64,000 nt of DNA, from the NCBI GenBank assembly GCA_963792415.1, contig CAWBVY010000006.1, positions 792,582-856,581 on the forward strand, written 5' to 3'. The position numbers were made by a program, and so were the translations under genes. Origin of the DNA: Candidatus Deferrimicrobiaceae bacterium. GTDB taxonomy: Bacteria; Desulfobacterota; Deferrimicrobia; Deferrimicrobiales; Deferrimicrobiaceae. The notes under the pieces are model-generated. The model was given only the letters and a program-made list of their open reading frames with translations. It searched no databases and was not told the origin of the DNA. The stretch's first letter is position 1; every line of letters starts with the position of its first letter. Positions 1 to 11,541 of the stretch are shown here, piece after piece.

Positions 1-855
1 CTCCGTAAGCGAGGTCCCGCACGTCGCCACGACGCCGCGGACTCCCTTCTGCCAAAGGCCGATCAGGTCCATGTACCCCTCGACCACCAGCACGCGCCCC
101 TCGCTCCGGAGGACCGGGAGCGCCTGGTACAGGCCGTACAGCAGGGAACTTTTCCGGTAGATCTCGGACTCGGGGGAATTGAGGTACTTCGGGACGGCGT
201 CGTCCACCGCCCGACCCCCGAAACCGCAGATGCGACCCCTTGCGTCCCCGATCGGAAAGACCACGCGCCCCCGGAACCGCTCCCGGAACCCGCTCCCGGA
301 AGGGAGCAGAAGGCCTGCCGCCTCGCCCCGGGCCGGGTCGATCCCCTCCCGCTTCAGCGCGGAGACCAGCTCGCCGCCCGTGCCGCACCAACCAAGGGCG
401 AACTCCCGCTCGGCTTCGGGAGTCACGCCCCGCCGCCGGAGAAACTCCCTCCCGGCCTTCCCGGCGGGGGAGCCCAGAAGTTCCCGGTACGTGTCCGCCG
501 CGAGGCGGAGAATGGCGTATAGATCCTCTTTCGGCCGCGAGCGGACGGCCCCGCCCTCGTACCGGACCGCCACGCCGAACCGTTCCGCGAGTTCCTCGAC
601 CGAGTCCGCGAAGGAAAGATTGCGCGCCTTCATCAGGAAGTGGAAGACCGATCCCCCTTCCTCGCAGCCGAAGCACTTGAACGCCTGCCGGGCGGGGTGG
701 ACGTAGAAGGACGGGGTCTTTTCCCGGTGGAAGGGGCACAGACCGCGAAAACTCGCCCCGGCCCGGGACAAAGGGACCGTCTCGGAGACCACCTCTACGA
801 TGTCCGCCCGGTCCCGTACTTCCCGGATCGTGCTTTCGGAGATCCGACCTCCCAA
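1..855 (-). CDS. dnaG: DNA primase, 5' part (continues beyond window start)
   Basis: Read by hand: TTG start at 855 (MGGRISESTIREVRDRADIVEVVS...GLCPFHREKT CHC2 zinc finger); Toprim region VEGYMDLIGLWQKGVRGVVATCGTSLTE; follows rpsU-yqeY. Confidence 0.95.
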   Translation of the reverse strand, partial: MGGRISESTIREVRDRADIVEVVSETVPLSRAGASFRGLCPFHREKTPSFYVHPARQAFKCFGCEEGGSVFHFLMKARNLSFADSVEELAERFGVAVRYEGGAVRSRPKEDLYAILRLAADTYRELLGSPAGKAGREFLRRRGVTPEAEREFALGWCGTGGELVSALKREGIDPARGEAAGLLLPSGSGFRERFRGRVVFPIGDARGRICGFGGRAVDDAVPKYLNSPESEIYRKSSLLYGLYQALPVLRSEGRVLVVEGYMDLIGLWQKGVRGVVATCGTSLTE

Positions 856-872
856 TAGTCTCCCCGGGACCG

Positions 873-1343
873 CTATCCCGCCAGGAGGCGTCGAACCGTT
901 TCGCTGACCGCCTTGCCGTCGGCCCGGCCCGCCACCTTCGGCATGAGTGCCTTCATGACGCGTCCCATGTCGGACGGAAGCCCGGCCCCGGTCTCCGCGA
1001 TCGCCTCACGCACGGCCGCCTCGATCTCCGCCGAGGTAAGCGCCTTCGGGAGGTAGCGATCGAGGATGACGATCTCGCTCTCCTCCTTCGCGGCAAGTTC
1101 CGGTCGGTTCCCCTGGAGGAACAACCCGATCGATTCGCGGCGCTGCTTGACCATCGCGGCGATCACCTTGAGGACCGCCTCCTCGGGGAGCGCTCCCCCC
1201 TGCGGCATCTCCTTCCGGGTGACCGCCTCGATCTCCCGATTCTGGACCGCAGCCACGGCCATCCGCAAAGCAGAAAGGGCCAAGGAGTTGCGCTCCTTGG
1301 CCGCCGTCTGCATATCCTTATGCAACTGTTCCTTAAGTCCCAA
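873..1343 (-). CDS. yqeY: GatB/YqeY domain protein
   Basis: LKEQLHKDMQTAAK...KQRRESIGLF..GNRPELA..E..EI.IL..YLP..L, DMGRVMKALMPKVAGRADGK; typical position between rpsU and dnaG. Confidence 0.9.
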   Translation of the reverse strand: MGLKEQLHKDMQTAAKERNSLALSALRMAVAAVQNREIEAVTRKEMPQGGALPEEAVLKVIAAMVKQRRESIGLFLQGNRPELAAKEESEIVILDRYLPKALTSAEIEAAVREAIAETGAGLPSDMGRVMKALMPKVAGRADGKAVSETVRRLLAG

Positions 1344-1350
1344 TCCGTGC

Positions 1351-1548
1351 CTACCTGACCATCTTCTTCAATTTCTTCAACGCGCGCTTCCTGGCCGCCA
1401 GCGTCTTCTTCTTCTTCTTGACGCTGGGCTTTTCATAATGTTCCCGCTTGCGGATTTCCGAAAGGATCCCGGCCTTCTCGCACTGCTTCTTGAATCGCTT
1501 CAGTACGCTCTCGAAGGGCTCCTCTTCCTTCACGCGGACGCCCGGCAT
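1351..1548 (-). CDS. rpsU: 30S ribosomal protein S21
   Basis: [42 protein letters not shown]. Confidence 0.97.
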   Translation of the reverse strand: MPGVRVKEEEPFESVLKRFKKQCEKAGILSEIRKREHYEKPSVKKKKKTLAARKRALKKLKKMVR

Positions 1549-1587
1549 GGTTGGATCACCCCTTCCCTTGCCAAGTAACAGCCGAAA

Positions 1588-1623
1588 ATTATAGTATTAT
1601 ACACCTGTTCCACAATTCGTCAA
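1588..1623 (-). promoter_or_regulatory. sigma-70-type promoter for rpsU-yqeY-dnaG
   Basis: Minus strand TTGACG (1623-1618), 16-nt spacer, TATAAT (1601-1596); second TATAAT at 1593-1588; AT-rich patch in a GC-rich background. Confidence 0.75.
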
Positions 1624-1639
1624 TAAAGTTCCTTCCGCG

Positions 1640-1987
1640 TCAACCCAGTCCGGGAGCCAGGGGGCGACCGCCGACGAGGTGAAAGTGCAGGTGAGGGACG
1701 ACCTGCCCCCCCTGCTCCCCGTTGTTCACCACGACCCGGTATCCCGACTCGGCGACGCCCCGTTCGTCCGCGATCTTCGCCGCCAGGCGCAACGCCTTCC
1801 CGAGCACGGGGACGTCGTTCTTCCCCGCGTCGTTCAGGTTGACCATGTGCTCCTTCGGGACGATGAGCACGTGGACCGGCGCCACCGGGTGGATGTCGTC
1901 GAAGGCGAGCAGGTCGTGGTCCTCGTACACGGGTTGCGTCGGAACCTCTTTCCGCGCGATCTTGCAGAAAATGCACTCGTCATTCAT
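1640..1987 (-). CDS. hinT: Histidine triad (HIT) nucleotide-binding protein
   Basis: [16 protein letters not shown]...[15 protein letters not shown] (HxHxH motif); start set at ATG 1987. Confidence 0.93.
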   Translation of the reverse strand: MNDECIFCKIARKEVPTQPVYEDHDLLAFDDIHPVAPVHVLIVPKEHMVNLNDAGKNDVPVLGKALRLAAKIADERGVAESGYRVVVNNGEQGGQVVPHLHFHLVGGRPLAPGLG

Positions 1988-2333
1988 TCGATTTCCCCCC
2001 TCGCCGATATGCGCTGCGATAAAAGCACGTCCGTTCCCCCGTGTGGCACGCGGCGCCCTTCTGCCGGACACGGTACAGCAATGTGTCGACGTCGCAGTCG
2101 TAGAGGATCTCCTCCACGTCCTGGAAATGACCCGACGTTTCCCCCTTCACCCAAAGGGACTTCCTGGAACGGCTCCAGTAGGTCGCGTGCCCCCCGGCGA
2201 AGGTGCTCCGGATCGCCGCCGCGTTCGCCCACGCCACCATGAGAACCACGTTGTCGCTTACGTCCTGCGTGACGACCGGAACCAGCCCCCGGTCGTCGAA
2301 CTTGACCTGCCCGATCAAATCTTCCGCCGTCAT
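1980..2333 (-). CDS. hisI: Phosphoribosyl-AMP cyclohydrolase (stand-alone, no HisE domain)
   Basis: [14 protein letters not shown]...[20 protein letters not shown]...DCDVDTLL...[12 protein letters not shown]. Confidence 0.95.
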   Translation of the reverse strand: MTAEDLIGQVKFDDRGLVPVVTQDVSDNVVLMVAWANAAAIRSTFAGGHATYWSRSRKSLWVKGETSGHFQDVEEILYDCDVDTLLYRVRQKGAACHTGERTCFYRSAYRRGGKSNE

Positions 2334-3124
2334 CGTCCCTCCCCTGGGCGTCTCCCCGCGGCCGGCCGTACGCGCACGCCGTGGCGCCGGAGATATTCCT
2401 TCGCCTCCCCCACGGTGTGCTCCCCGTAGTGAAAGATGGAGGCCGCGAGCACCGCGTCCGCCCCCCCCGCCGTCACCCCTTCCAGCAGATGCTCGAGCGT
2501 CCCCACCCCGCCCGAGGCGATCACGGGGATGCGAACAGCGTCGGCGATCGCGCGCGTCAACGGGATGTCGTAGCCGTCCCGGGTTCCGTCGCGGTCCATG
2601 CTGGTCAGCAGGATCTCGCCGGAGCCGCACGCATCCATCCGCCGGGCCCACGCCACCGCGTCCAGACCCGTGGGGGTGCGCCCTCCGTGGGTGTACACCT
2701 CCCACTCCCCCGACCGGCCCGCCACCGCGCGAGCGTCGATCGCAACCACCGTGCACTGACTCCCGAACCGCTCGGCCGCGCGGCGGACGAAGTCGGGATC
2801 GGCGACGGCGGCCGTGTTGATCGACACCTTGTCGGCCCCCGCGAGCAGCAGACTCCGGATGTCCTCGATCGTGCGGATCCCGCCGCCCACGGTGAGCGGC
2901 ATGAAGACCTGTTCCGCTGTTTTCCGCACGACGTCGATCAGGATATCCCTCTTCTCGTGGGACGCCGTTATATCGAGAAAGACGAGCTCGTCCGCCTCTT
3001 CGCGGTCGTATCGCCGTGCGATCTCCACCGGGTCTCCGGCGTCCCGCAGGTCCACGAACCGGACACCCTTGACGACACGGCCGTCCTTCACGTCCAGGCA
3101 CGGGATGATCCGCTTGGACAGCAT
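2330..3124 (-). CDS. hisF: Imidazole glycerol phosphate synthase, cyclase subunit
   Basis: [23 protein letters not shown]...[11 protein letters not shown]...[13 protein letters not shown]. Confidence 0.97.
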   Translation of the reverse strand: MLSKRIIPCLDVKDGRVVKGVRFVDLRDAGDPVEIARRYDREEADELVFLDITASHEKRDILIDVVRKTAEQVFMPLTVGGGIRTIEDIRSLLLAGADKVSINTAAVADPDFVRRAAERFGSQCTVVAIDARAVAGRSGEWEVYTHGGRTPTGLDAVAWARRMDACGSGEILLTSMDRDGTRDGYDIPLTRAIADAVRIPVIASGGVGTLEHLLEGVTAGGADAVLAASIFHYGEHTVGEAKEYLRRHGVRVRPAAGRRPGEGR

Positions 3125-3138
3125 TCCCCGGAAAGACC

Positions 3139-3870
3139 CTATTCCCGCTCTGCCTTCAGCGCCTCGGCCAGATCGATCGAGCCGTCGTACAGGGCGCGGC
3201 CGATGATCGCGCCGGCCACCCCTTCGCCCTCCATCCCCTTGAGCCTGCGGAGGTCGTCGAGGGTGGTCACGCCTCCGGAGGCGATCACCGGAGTGGAGAC
3301 GCCGTTCGCGAAATCGCGGATGGCGTCGAAGTTGGGACCCACCATCATCCCGTCGCGCGCGATGTCGGTATAGATGAAGCAGGAGACGCCGCCCTCCTCG
3401 ATCTGGCGAGCGAGCTCCACCGCGATGACGCCGGTCACCTCCACCCACCCGCGGATCGCCACGCGACCGTCGCGCGCGTCGATCCCCGCGGCAACCTTCC
3501 CCGGGTAGGCGCGGGTGATCCGGGTTACCTCCTCGGGGCTCCGCACAATCGAAGTCCCCAGGATCACCCGGGACACGCCCGCGGCGAAGTACCGGGACGC
3601 CGAATCGTAATTCCGCACGCCGCCTCCCACCTGTACCGGCACGCCCGCCCCGGAGGCGATGCGGCAGATGATCTCCGCGTTCACCGGTTTTCCGAGAAAC
3701 GCCCCGTCCAGATCCACCACGTGGATGCTGGACGCCCCCGCGGCGACGAAGCGTCGGGCCACCTCCAGCGGCGAGTCCGAGAAGACCGTGGCGTCCTCGG
3801 CGCGTCCCTGGCGCAGCCGGACCGCCTTCCCCCCCTGGATGTCGATCGCCGGAATGACCTGGAACGGCAA
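3139..3870 (-). CDS. hisA: ProFAR isomerase
   Basis: TTG start; [44 protein letters not shown]. Confidence 0.96.
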   Translation of the reverse strand: MPFQVIPAIDIQGGKAVRLRQGRAEDATVFSDSPLEVARRFVAAGASSIHVVDLDGAFLGKPVNAEIICRIASGAGVPVQVGGGVRNYDSASRYFAAGVSRVILGTSIVRSPEEVTRITRAYPGKVAAGIDARDGRVAIRGWVEVTGVIAVELARQIEEGGVSCFIYTDIARDGMMVGPNFDAIRDFANGVSTPVIASGGVTTLDDLRRLKGMEGEGVAGAIIGRALYDGSIDLAEALKAERE

Positions 3871-3881
3871 GGTTTCCCCTC

Positions 3882-4535
3882 TTATGCGGCTTCCGCGCAA
3901 AGGCGGCCGAAGTTCCCGAGGAGGCGCAGCCCCGCGGTCTGGCTCTTCTCCGGATGAAACTGCACGGCAAGGCGGTTCCCCCGGCTCACGGCGGCGGCGA
4001 ACGGCACGCCGTACGTCGATCGGCACGCCACGTCCCCGGGAACCTCCGGTGCGGCGTAATACGAGTGCACGAAGTAGAAGTGCGTCCCGGAAGGAATCCC
4101 ACGGAAAACCGGGGGATCTCCGACCACTTCCACCTCGTTCCACCCCATGTGCGGCACCTTGAGGACACCCCCGTCCCGGGCCGGCATGTCGCCGGGGAAC
4201 CGGACCACGTTTCCGCGGAAGAAGCCGATCCCCTCGTGGCGGCCGAACTCCTCGCTCCCGGAGAAGAGGAGCTGCATCCCCACGCAGATGCCCAGGAACG
4301 GCCGGTCCGAGGCAAGGTATTCCCGAAGGAACGGCAGCAGCCCCTGGCGGACGACGTTCCCCATGCAGTCGCGGAACGCCCCCACGCCGGGAAAAACGAT
4401 CCCGCGACAAGGGGAAAGCGCCCTCGGGTCTCCGCTGACCAGGGTCGGGAAACCGAGGGACTCGAGGGCCTTGCTCACGCTGCGCAGGTTCCCCATCCCG
4501 TAGTCCACCACGCCGATGGCGGATCCCCGCGTCAT
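3882..4535 (-). CDS. hisH: Imidazole glycerol phosphate synthase, glutaminase subunit
   Basis: [42 protein letters not shown]. Confidence 0.97.
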   Translation of the reverse strand: MTRGSAIGVVDYGMGNLRSVSKALESLGFPTLVSGDPRALSPCRGIVFPGVGAFRDCMGNVVRQGLLPFLREYLASDRPFLGICVGMQLLFSGSEEFGRHEGIGFFRGNVVRFPGDMPARDGGVLKVPHMGWNEVEVVGDPPVFRGIPSGTHFYFVHSYYAAPEVPGDVACRSTYGVPFAAAVSRGNRLAVQFHPEKSQTAGLRLLGNFGRLCAEAA

Positions 4536-4548
4536 GAAGCCCGCCCTT

Positions 4549-5142
4549 TCACCCGAGAATGCCCTTCGTGGAGGGCACGCCCTTGACGCGCGGATCGATT
4601 TCGACCGCCGCCGACATGGCGCGCCCGAGCGCCTTGAACACCGCCTCGACGGTGTGGTGCGCGTTGGAGCCGTACGCGACGTTCACGTGCAGACAGACAC
4701 CGGACGACTGGGCGAAAGCCCGGAGGAACTCTTCCACGAGCTCGACGTCGAACGTCCCCACCTTCTCGTTCCCGAGGGGGGAGTTGTAGACCAGGTGTGG
4801 CCGCGCGGAGACATCGACCGTCACCGCCGCCAGCGCCTCGATCATCGGCACGACCGCGTGCCCGTACCGGCGGATCCCCCTCATGTCCCCCAGGGCCCGG
4901 CGGAACGCTTCCCCGAGGCAGATCCCCACGTCCTCCACCACGTGGTGGAAGTCGACCTCGACGTCCCCCTTCGCCGCGATCGTCAGATCGAACAGCCCGT
5001 GACGCGAGAACAGCGTCAGCATGTGGTCGAGGAAGGGAACCCCCGTGCCGATCTTTCCAGACCCATCCCCCGAAAGCCGCAGGGAGAGCTTGATCCGGGT
5101 CTCCTTCGTGGTTCGCTCGACCTGACCTTCCCGGATCATCAC
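4549..5142 (-). CDS. hisB: Imidazoleglycerol-phosphate dehydratase
   Basis: RTTKETRI, TGVPFLDHML, DFHHVVEDVGI, NAHHTVEAVFKA, PSTKG. Confidence 0.97.
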   Translation of the reverse strand: MMIREGQVERTTKETRIKLSLRLSGDGSGKIGTGVPFLDHMLTLFSRHGLFDLTIAAKGDVEVDFHHVVEDVGICLGEAFRRALGDMRGIRRYGHAVVPMIEALAAVTVDVSARPHLVYNSPLGNEKVGTFDVELVEEFLRAFAQSSGVCLHVNVAYGSNAHHTVEAVFKALGRAMSAAVEIDPRVKGVPSTKGILG

Positions 5143-6434
5143 CGCTTCCCCCTTCCACGGGTGCGCATCAGGACCGCCTCCGCGTGCGCGGCCAGTCCCT
5201 CCTTCCGGGCGAGCCGCACCACATGCGGCGCGTCGGAGCGGAGCGCTGAAACATCGTATGATACCACGTTAATTTTCTTGAGGAAATCGGCAACTCCGAG
5301 GGGAGATGAAAACCGTGACGCCCCGCCGGTCGGAAGGGTGTGGTTGATCCCGGCGACATAATCGCCCACGGCCACCGGGCTGAAGGGGCCAAGAAACGCG
5401 GTGCCCGCGTTGCGAATCCCCGAAAAGTCCTTCCACGGGTCCCGGGTCACGATGCTCAGGTGCTCCGGCGCGAGCCGGTTGACGACCTCGACCGACTCCC
5501 GGAGGGACCGCGTCAGAAAACCCTCGGCGAGGGAAAGGGACGTCCGCAGGATTTCGCGGCGCGGAAGGGAGCGCACCTGCCGCGCCAGCTCCCGCTCCAC
5601 CGCCGGGAGCAGCCCGCGCGAATTCGTCACCAGCGCCACGAAGGCATCCTCGTCGTGCTCCGCCTGCGAGAGAAGATCCGCCGCGACGTAGGCGGGAATC
5701 GCGGTCCGGTCCGCGAGCACCACCAGTTCGCTCGGCCCCGCGAGCATGTCGATCCCGACGGCGCCGAAGACCTGACGCTTGGCTTCGGTGACGTAGGCGT
5801 TCCCGGGGCCCGCGATCACGTCGACGCGCGGTACGGACTCCGTCCCGTAGGCGAGCGCGGCGATCGCCTGGGCGCCGCCGATGCGGTACAGCGCGGAAAC
5901 GCCGGCGATCCGGGCGGCCGCCAGGACGACATCCGGGACCTTGCCGCCGGGGGCGGAGCACGCCGCGACAACCTCGGGGACCCCCGCCACGCGGGCAGGG
6001 AGGACGTTCATCAACAGGGTCGACGGGTATGCCGCCTTCCCCCCCGGCACATACACGCCGGCGCGGGCGACCGGCAGGACCCGCTGGCCGAGGGTCGCCC
6101 CGGAGAGGGAGACCCCGAACCCTCCTTCGACCTGGCGCCGGTGAAACGCCTCGATCCGCTCCGCAGCCAGTTCGAGGGACCGACGCAACGCCGCCGGAAC
6201 GCGCCGCCACGCCGCGTCGATCTGCGACGGCGGAACGGCGAACCCCTTCTTCCCGGGGTCGAACCGGTCGAACCGTCGCGTGTACTCCGCCAACGCAGCG
6301 TCGCCGCCTTCCCGAACCTTCCGGAGAATTTCCCCGACCACCGGGGACACCTTCTCCGCTCCTACGGAACCCCGGGCCTCCGCCTTTCCAAGCGCCTCCC
6401 GGAATCCCGCCGTTCCCGACCGGTGCCATCGCAT
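5139..6434 (-). CDS. hisD: Histidinol dehydrogenase
   Basis: GVYVPGGKAAYPST, GGAQAIAALAYGT, GPGNAYVTEAK, IDMLAGPSE, DLLSQAEHD, APEHL, GINHTLPT. Confidence 0.97.
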   Translation of the reverse strand: MRWHRSGTAGFREALGKAEARGSVGAEKVSPVVGEILRKVREGGDAALAEYTRRFDRFDPGKKGFAVPPSQIDAAWRRVPAALRRSLELAAERIEAFHRRQVEGGFGVSLSGATLGQRVLPVARAGVYVPGGKAAYPSTLLMNVLPARVAGVPEVVAACSAPGGKVPDVVLAAARIAGVSALYRIGGAQAIAALAYGTESVPRVDVIAGPGNAYVTEAKRQVFGAVGIDMLAGPSELVVLADRTAIPAYVAADLLSQAEHDEDAFVALVTNSRGLLPAVERELARQVRSLPRREILRTSLSLAEGFLTRSLRESVEVVNRLAPEHLSIVTRDPWKDFSGIRNAGTAFLGPFSPVAVGDYVAGINHTLPTGGASRFSSPLGVADFLKKINVVSYDVSALRSDAPHVVRLARKEGLAAHAEAVLMRTRGRGKR

Positions 6435-6446
6435 GCGTCCCGCCTC

Positions 6447-7718
6447 CTATTCCTTCACCCGGGTGATGTCGGCGCCCAGGGAGGAGAGCCTGTGTTCCAG
6501 CGCCTCGTACCCGCGGTCGAGGTGGTAGATCCGGAGCACCTCGGTCGTCCCCGACGCGGCAAGCCCCGCCAGCACCAGCGAAGCCGAGGCGCGAAGGTCG
6601 GTCGCCATCAGCGGCGCACCGGAAAGCGCCGGAACCCCCTTCACCGCGGCCGTGTTCCCCGAAACGTCGATCCTCGCGCCCATCCGCCGCAGTTCGGCCA
6701 CGTGCATGAACCGGTTCTCGAAGATCGTCTCGGAAATGATGCTGAACCCGTCCCCCAGGCACATGTAGGCCGAGAACTGCGCCTGCACGTCCGTGGGGAA
6801 GCCGGGGTACGGGGCGGTCTTGACGTTCACGGAACGGATCGACCCCTCCCTGCGGAGGCGCACCCCCCCGGGGACGGAATCCACTTCGGCCCCGGACCTC
6901 CGGAGCTTTTCGACGACGGCGTTCATCGACGAGGCGTCCGCGCCCAGCGCCGTCACGTCTCCGCCCGTGATCGCGCCGGCCAGAAGCAGTGTCGCCGCCT
7001 CGATCCGGTCCGCCATCACCTCGTGGCGCGCTCCGTGGAGGGAACGAACCCCCCGGACCACGATCTCGTCGGTGCCCTCCCCCTCGATGTCGGCCCCCAT
7101 CGCGCGCAGCAGACGCGCGAGGTCGCACACCTCGGGCTCCAGCGCCGCGTTCGAAAGGACGGTCGTCCCCTCGGCGAGGGAGGCGGCCATCATCAGGTTC
7201 TCCGTACCCGTGACGGTCTTCATGTCGAAGGTGATGGCGGCGCCCGAAAGCCGATCCGCCGACGCCTCGATGTACCCCTTGGAAAGGGAGGTTCTCGCCC
7301 CCATGAGCTCCAACCCCCGCAGATGCTGGTCGATCGGTCGTGCACCGATCGCGCATCCCCCGGGGAGGGAGATCCGGGCCCGTCCATGCCGGGCGAGCAG
7401 CGGCCCGAGGACCAGGACCGACGCGCGCATCGTCTTCACGAGCTCGTAGGGCGCCTCGGCGTTCCGGGCATCCCCGGGCGCGATCCTCAATACCTCGGGC
7501 CCGTCCGCGCCGCCGCCGTCGTGCGTGACCTCCGCGCCGAGAATCCCGAGAAGCTTCGAGAACGTGGCGATGTCCCGCAGCCGCGGCGCCCCGACGACTT
7601 CCACCGGCCCCTCCGCGAGCAGCGACGCCGCCATGGCCGGCAGCACGGCGTTTTTCGCCCCGGAGACACGGCAGGTCCCTGAAAGCCGCCTGCCGCCCTT
7701 GATCACGAAGATTTCCAG
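6447..7718 (-). CDS. murA: UDP-N-acetylglucosamine 1-carboxyvinyltransferase (probable CTG start; alternative GTG at 7706)
   Basis: [36 protein letters not shown] (active-site Cys present), [26 protein letters not shown]. Confidence 0.95.
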   Translation of the reverse strand: MEIFVIKGGRRLSGTCRVSGAKNAVLPAMAASLLAEGPVEVVGAPRLRDIATFSKLLGILGAEVTHDGGGADGPEVLRIAPGDARNAEAPYELVKTMRASVLVLGPLLARHGRARISLPGGCAIGARPIDQHLRGLELMGARTSLSKGYIEASADRLSGAAITFDMKTVTGTENLMMAASLAEGTTVLSNAALEPEVCDLARLLRAMGADIEGEGTDEIVVRGVRSLHGARHEVMADRIEAATLLLAGAITGGDVTALGADASSMNAVVEKLRRSGAEVDSVPGGVRLRREGSIRSVNVKTAPYPGFPTDVQAQFSAYMCLGDGFSIISETIFENRFMHVAELRRMGARIDVSGNTAAVKGVPALSGAPLMATDLRASASLVLAGLAASGTTEVLRIYHLDRGYEALEHRLSSLGADITRVKE

Positions 7719-8578
7719 TGTCGGCGCTCCTGTCCCGGTTTTTCCCAGCCGATGTACCGGTCCCGCCCCGCGAGGTCCGGAAAGATCCCCAGCGGCCTGA
7801 GGGAACCGCATGGCAGCGCGGACGCCGCCTCCCCCTGCGAGGCGCCGATCTCGCACCAGAGCTCTCCGCCGGGCGACAGGAGCCCTGCGGCACCTGCGAC
7901 CAGGGGCCGCAGGACCGAAAGACCGTCCTCTCCGGCAAGAAGCGCCCCCTGCGGTTCGTGGTCGCGCACCTCGGCCGGCAGGAGAGGCCACTCCCCCTCG
8001 GCGACATACGGAGGATTCGAGACCACTACAGCAAAACGGACCCCGCATTTCAAGGCGGAAAGCAGGTCGGTGCAGACGGGAAGGACACGGTCCGCCACGC
8101 CGTGGCGCGCCGCGTTCTCGCGCGCCTTCCGCAGGGCGCCGGGCGATATGTCGGTGGCCACGACTCGGGCGGCGGAAACCTCCGCGGCAAGGGTCACCGC
8201 GATCGCCCCGCTCCCGGTCCCCACGTCGAGCGCGAAGGGTCGCGCCGCCGGGGAACGTCGGAGGGCGGCCACCGCCCGTTCCGCGAGCCCCTCCGTCTCG
8301 GGCCGCGGGATGAGCGTGTCGGGGGAGAGCAGGAACTCCCTTCCGAAGAAATCCCAGGCGCCGAGAACGTATTGCAGCGGCTCGCCGCGCCCGCGACGCG
8401 CGATCAACGGGAGCAGCCGCGCCGAAGCGTCGCCGACGTCGCCGTCCATCGAAAGAAAGAGTCGGCTCCGGGGGATCCCGGTGATCGCGGAAACGAGGAT
8501 CTCCGCCTCGCCGGGGGCGGCGTCCCGTACGCCCTCCATCTCCCGACGGCAGATCGCGAGGAGTTCCGAGAGGAGCAC
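7703..8578 (-). CDS. prmC: Release factor glutamine methyltransferase
   Basis: [36 protein letters not shown]; directly after prfA. Confidence 0.96.
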   Translation of the reverse strand: MLLSELLAICRREMEGVRDAAPGEAEILVSAITGIPRSRLFLSMDGDVGDASARLLPLIARRGRGEPLQYVLGAWDFFGREFLLSPDTLIPRPETEGLAERAVAALRRSPAARPFALDVGTGSGAIAVTLAAEVSAARVVATDISPGALRKARENAARHGVADRVLPVCTDLLSALKCGVRFAVVVSNPPYVAEGEWPLLPAEVRDHEPQGALLAGEDGLSVLRPLVAGAAGLLSPGGELWCEIGASQGEAASALPCGSLRPLGIFPDLAGRDRYIGWEKPGQERRHWKSS

Positions 8579-9646
8579 TTAACCGGTTTTGCGGAGCGCC
8601 TCGACCTGGGCCTGCGACGTCAGGGCGTCGATGAAGGGGTCGAATCCGCCGTCGAGCACCGCGGAGAGCTGGTGCAACGTAAGGCCGATCCGGTGGTCGG
8701 TCACGCGATTCTGGGGGAAATTGTAGGTGCGGATCCGCTCGCTGCGATCTCCGGTTCCCACCTGCGAGCGGCGCAGATCGGCCCGCTCGGACTGGCGTTT
8801 CGCCATCTCCGCGTCGTAGAGGCGCGAGCGGAGGATCTTCAGTGCCTTCGCCTTGTTCTTCAGCTGGGACTTCTCGTCCTGGCACTGGACGACGAGCCCC
8901 GTGGGAACGTGCGTGATGCGCACCGCGGAGTCGGTGGTGTTGACGCTCTGGCCTCCGGGACCGGAGGAGCGGAAGACGTCGACCCGGAGGTCGTCCGGCT
9001 GGATCTGGACGTCCACTTCTTCCGCCTCGGGCATCACCGCCACGGTCACCGTGGAGGTGTGGATCCGCCCCCCGGCCTCCGTCGCCGGCACACGCTGTAC
9101 CCGGTGGACGCCGCTTTCGTACTTCAGGCGGCTGTACGCCCCTCGCCCCTCGATCATGGCGATCACTTCCTTCGTCCCCCCCAGCCCCGTCTCGCTGCGG
9201 GAGAGAATCTCTACCTTCCAGCGCTTGGAGTCGGCGTACATCCCGTAGGCCCGGAAGAGCTCCCCCGCGAAGGCGGACGCTTCGTCTCCCCCGGCGCCGG
9301 CGCGAATCTCGATGAGGATGTTCTTTTCGTCGTTGGGGTCCTTCGGCACGAGCAGGGCGCGGATCTCCTCGGCGAGGCGACCCATTTCCGAGGTCAACCG
9401 GTCGATCTCCTCGCGGACCATCGCCTTCATCGCGGGATCGGTCTCGCCGTCCTGGAGGGCACGGTTGTCGGAGAGCTCCTGCTCGATCTTCCTGTACCGC
9501 GCGTGGGCCGCCGCCACCGGGCGCAGGTCGGCGAGCTCCCGCCCGACCCGCTGCATCTCCCGCGGGTTCCCCGTGACCGACGGGTCCGACAGCAGCCGCT
9601 CCAGCTCCGGTATCCTCGCCACGACCGATTCCAGCTTATCCCACAA
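8579..9646 (-). CDS. prfA: Peptide chain release factor 1
   Basis: TTG start after GGAGGT; [25 protein letters not shown] (PxT motif of RF1), [19 protein letters not shown]. Confidence 0.97.
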   Translation of the reverse strand: MWDKLESVVARIPELERLLSDPSVTGNPREMQRVGRELADLRPVAAAHARYRKIEQELSDNRALQDGETDPAMKAMVREEIDRLTSEMGRLAEEIRALLVPKDPNDEKNILIEIRAGAGGDEASAFAGELFRAYGMYADSKRWKVEILSRSETGLGGTKEVIAMIEGRGAYSRLKYESGVHRVQRVPATEAGGRIHTSTVTVAVMPEAEEVDVQIQPDDLRVDVFRSSGPGGQSVNTTDSAVRITHVPTGLVVQCQDEKSQLKNKAKALKILRSRLYDAEMAKRQSERADLRRSQVGTGDRSERIRTYNFPQNRVTDHRIGLTLHQLSAVLDGGFDPFIDALTSQAQVEALRKTG

Positions 9647-10583
9647 GGGAGACCTCCAACCCCGGGGGCCCCGACACGCGCCGGAACGACGCGATCGCAA
9701 CCTCGATCTGGGGCAGGTCCGGCTCCCGGGTGGTCAGCCGCTGCAGCCACAGCCCCGGAGCAACGAGCGCCCGGAACCAGGGAGACCGGGTCCTTTTCGC
9801 CGACATCCGCAGCACCTCGTAGGAGATCCCCGCGATCGCGGGGATCAGCGGGAGACGCAGGAGCGCCTTCGCCAGCAGGGAGCTCTCCCTCGGGATGAGG
9901 GAGAAGACGAGGATGCTGATCACCATGACGAACAGGAGGAAGCTGGTGCCGCACCGCGGGTGCAGGCGCGGGTACTCCCCCACCGCTTCGGGCGAGAGAT
10001 CCGCCTTTGCCTCGTAGGCATTGATCACCTTGTGCTCCGCGCCGTGGTACTCGAAGATCCTCCGGATGTCCTTCATCCGCGTGATCCCGACGATGTACAT
10101 GACGAAGACCAGCACCCGGATCGCCCCGTCCGCGAGGTTGAAGGCGATCGACCCCCGGAGGGCGGGGACCAGGCCGGCCAGAAGATGGGTCGCGTACAGC
10201 GGGAGCAGGAAAAAGAGGCCGACACCCAGGAGGAGCGCCATCGCCATGGCGCCCGCCATGGCCAACCCCCCGGACTTCGGACTTGCCCCCGCGTCCTTCG
10301 CTTCGGCCGACGCGCCTTCCGCGTCCTCCATCGCCTCGTCCGCCGAGTATTGCAGGGCTCGGTACCCGATCGCCAGCATCGCCGCCATCGTCACCACACC
10401 GCGGACCACCGGAATCTTCGCGATCCGCTTCCTCGCGGCCGATTCCACGAGGGGGAAGTCCCGGACCCGGATCTCCCCGCTCGCCTTCCGCACCGCGACC
10501 GCGTACGCCAGCGGGCCCTTCATCATCACGCCCTCGATGACCGCCTGGCCGCCGAGAACGAGTTCCTTCGGTTCCCGGGGCAT
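9636..10583 (-). CDS. DUF1385 family membrane protein (putative metal-dependent enzyme)
   Basis: [42 protein letters not shown]. Confidence 0.9.
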   Translation of the reverse strand: MPREPKELVLGGQAVIEGVMMKGPLAYAVAVRKASGEIRVRDFPLVESAARKRIAKIPVVRGVVTMAAMLAIGYRALQYSADEAMEDAEGASAEAKDAGASPKSGGLAMAGAMAMALLLGVGLFFLLPLYATHLLAGLVPALRGSIAFNLADGAIRVLVFVMYIVGITRMKDIRRIFEYHGAEHKVINAYEAKADLSPEAVGEYPRLHPRCGTSFLLFVMVISILVFSLIPRESSLLAKALLRLPLIPAIAGISYEVLRMSAKRTRSPWFRALVAPGLWLQRLTTREPDLPQIEVAIASFRRVSGPPGLEVSLVG

Positions 10584-11284
10584 CAGGCGCCGACCCCCTT
10601 CCCGAGGGCAGCGATCTCCCGGCGGACTTCCGACGGCTCGCCGCAGGTCATCTTCCCTTCCGGGCACCGGCCCCGGACGCAGCCGGGACCCGCCGTCTCG
10701 AACAGCAGCGGCGCCCGCTCCCTCGCGGCCGAGAGCATCCGTTTCGCCATCTCGCGGATCTCCCACTGCGCCCTGCGGCACGTGCGCAGGGAGAAGAAAT
10801 GATGCAGTTCACGCGCGTTCATCGTGATCAGGATCTTCGTTTCCGTCGCGTTGGGAAGAGCGAAGCGCGCGTCCTCCGGCGGGACGCCGGCCTTCATCAA
10901 TTTCGCGTAGAGACGGGAACAGGCGGCCATGTGGCGCTCATACTCGACCAACAGGCCGGGGGAAGCCGCGACGGCCGGGGGAGTTACGTACCCGAACTTC
11001 GCGGCGACGTACCGCTGGCTCTGCTGGGAATACGAGGCGATGCGGTGGCGGACCAGCTGGTGCGAGGCGGCGCGGGAGATCCCCTCGACGCCGTAGGTGA
11101 GGGTCACGTGCTCGAGGACGGAGGCATGCCCCATCGAGAGGACCCGGCGGATGAGATCCCTCGCGTCGCGCCGGGAGATCTCCTCCCGGAGTTCTCCGAT
11201 CGACGCGGGAGAGTAGCAGAGCCGCGCCGCGAGCGCGACGACGCGCTCCGGGTCAGGCGTGCACGTGAGCAGCGAGACGTTCAC
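10583..11284 (-). CDS. thyX: FAD-dependent thymidylate synthase
   Basis: [56 protein letters not shown]. Confidence 0.96.
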   Translation of the reverse strand: MNVSLLTCTPDPERVVALAARLCYSPASIGELREEISRRDARDLIRRVLSMGHASVLEHVTLTYGVEGISRAASHQLVRHRIASYSQQSQRYVAAKFGYVTPPAVAASPGLLVEYERHMAACSRLYAKLMKAGVPPEDARFALPNATETKILITMNARELHHFFSLRTCRRAQWEIREMAKRMLSAARERAPLLFETAGPGCVRGRCPEGKMTCGEPSEVRREIAALGKGVGA

Positions 11285-11308
11285 GGCCGCAAGGGCCCCT
11301 CCGGGGCC

Positions 11309-11518
11309 CTATGCCTTCGCCCCCTTGCCGTACTTCTTCTCGAACTTCTCGATCCGTCCCGCGGTGTCGATCAGCTTCTGCTTGCCCGTGAAGAACGGGT
11401 GACAGTTGGAGCAGATGGCCACCTTGATCTCCTCCGAGAGCGACTTCGTCTCGAAGGTGTTCCCGCAGGCGCACTTCACGGTCGTGGTGACGTACTTCGG
11501 ATGAATGTTTTCCCTCAT
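11309..11518 (-). CDS. rpmE: 50S ribosomal protein L31 (Zn-binding type)
   Basis: [14 protein letters not shown]...[23 protein letters not shown]. Confidence 0.97.
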   Translation of the reverse strand: MRENIHPKYVTTTVKCACGNTFETKSLSEEIKVAICSNCHPFFTGKQKLIDTAGRIEKFEKKYGKGAKA

Positions 11519-11541
11519 CGTTCCGTTTCCTTTCCGCCGTT

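Noticed and set aside
1612-1623. 12-mer CAATTCGTCAAT shared between the rpsU promoter and the region upstream of the GT2 gene (~41979-41990)
   Set aside because: Only two copies, largely explained by a TTGACG -35-like hexamer; not enough to claim a shared operator.
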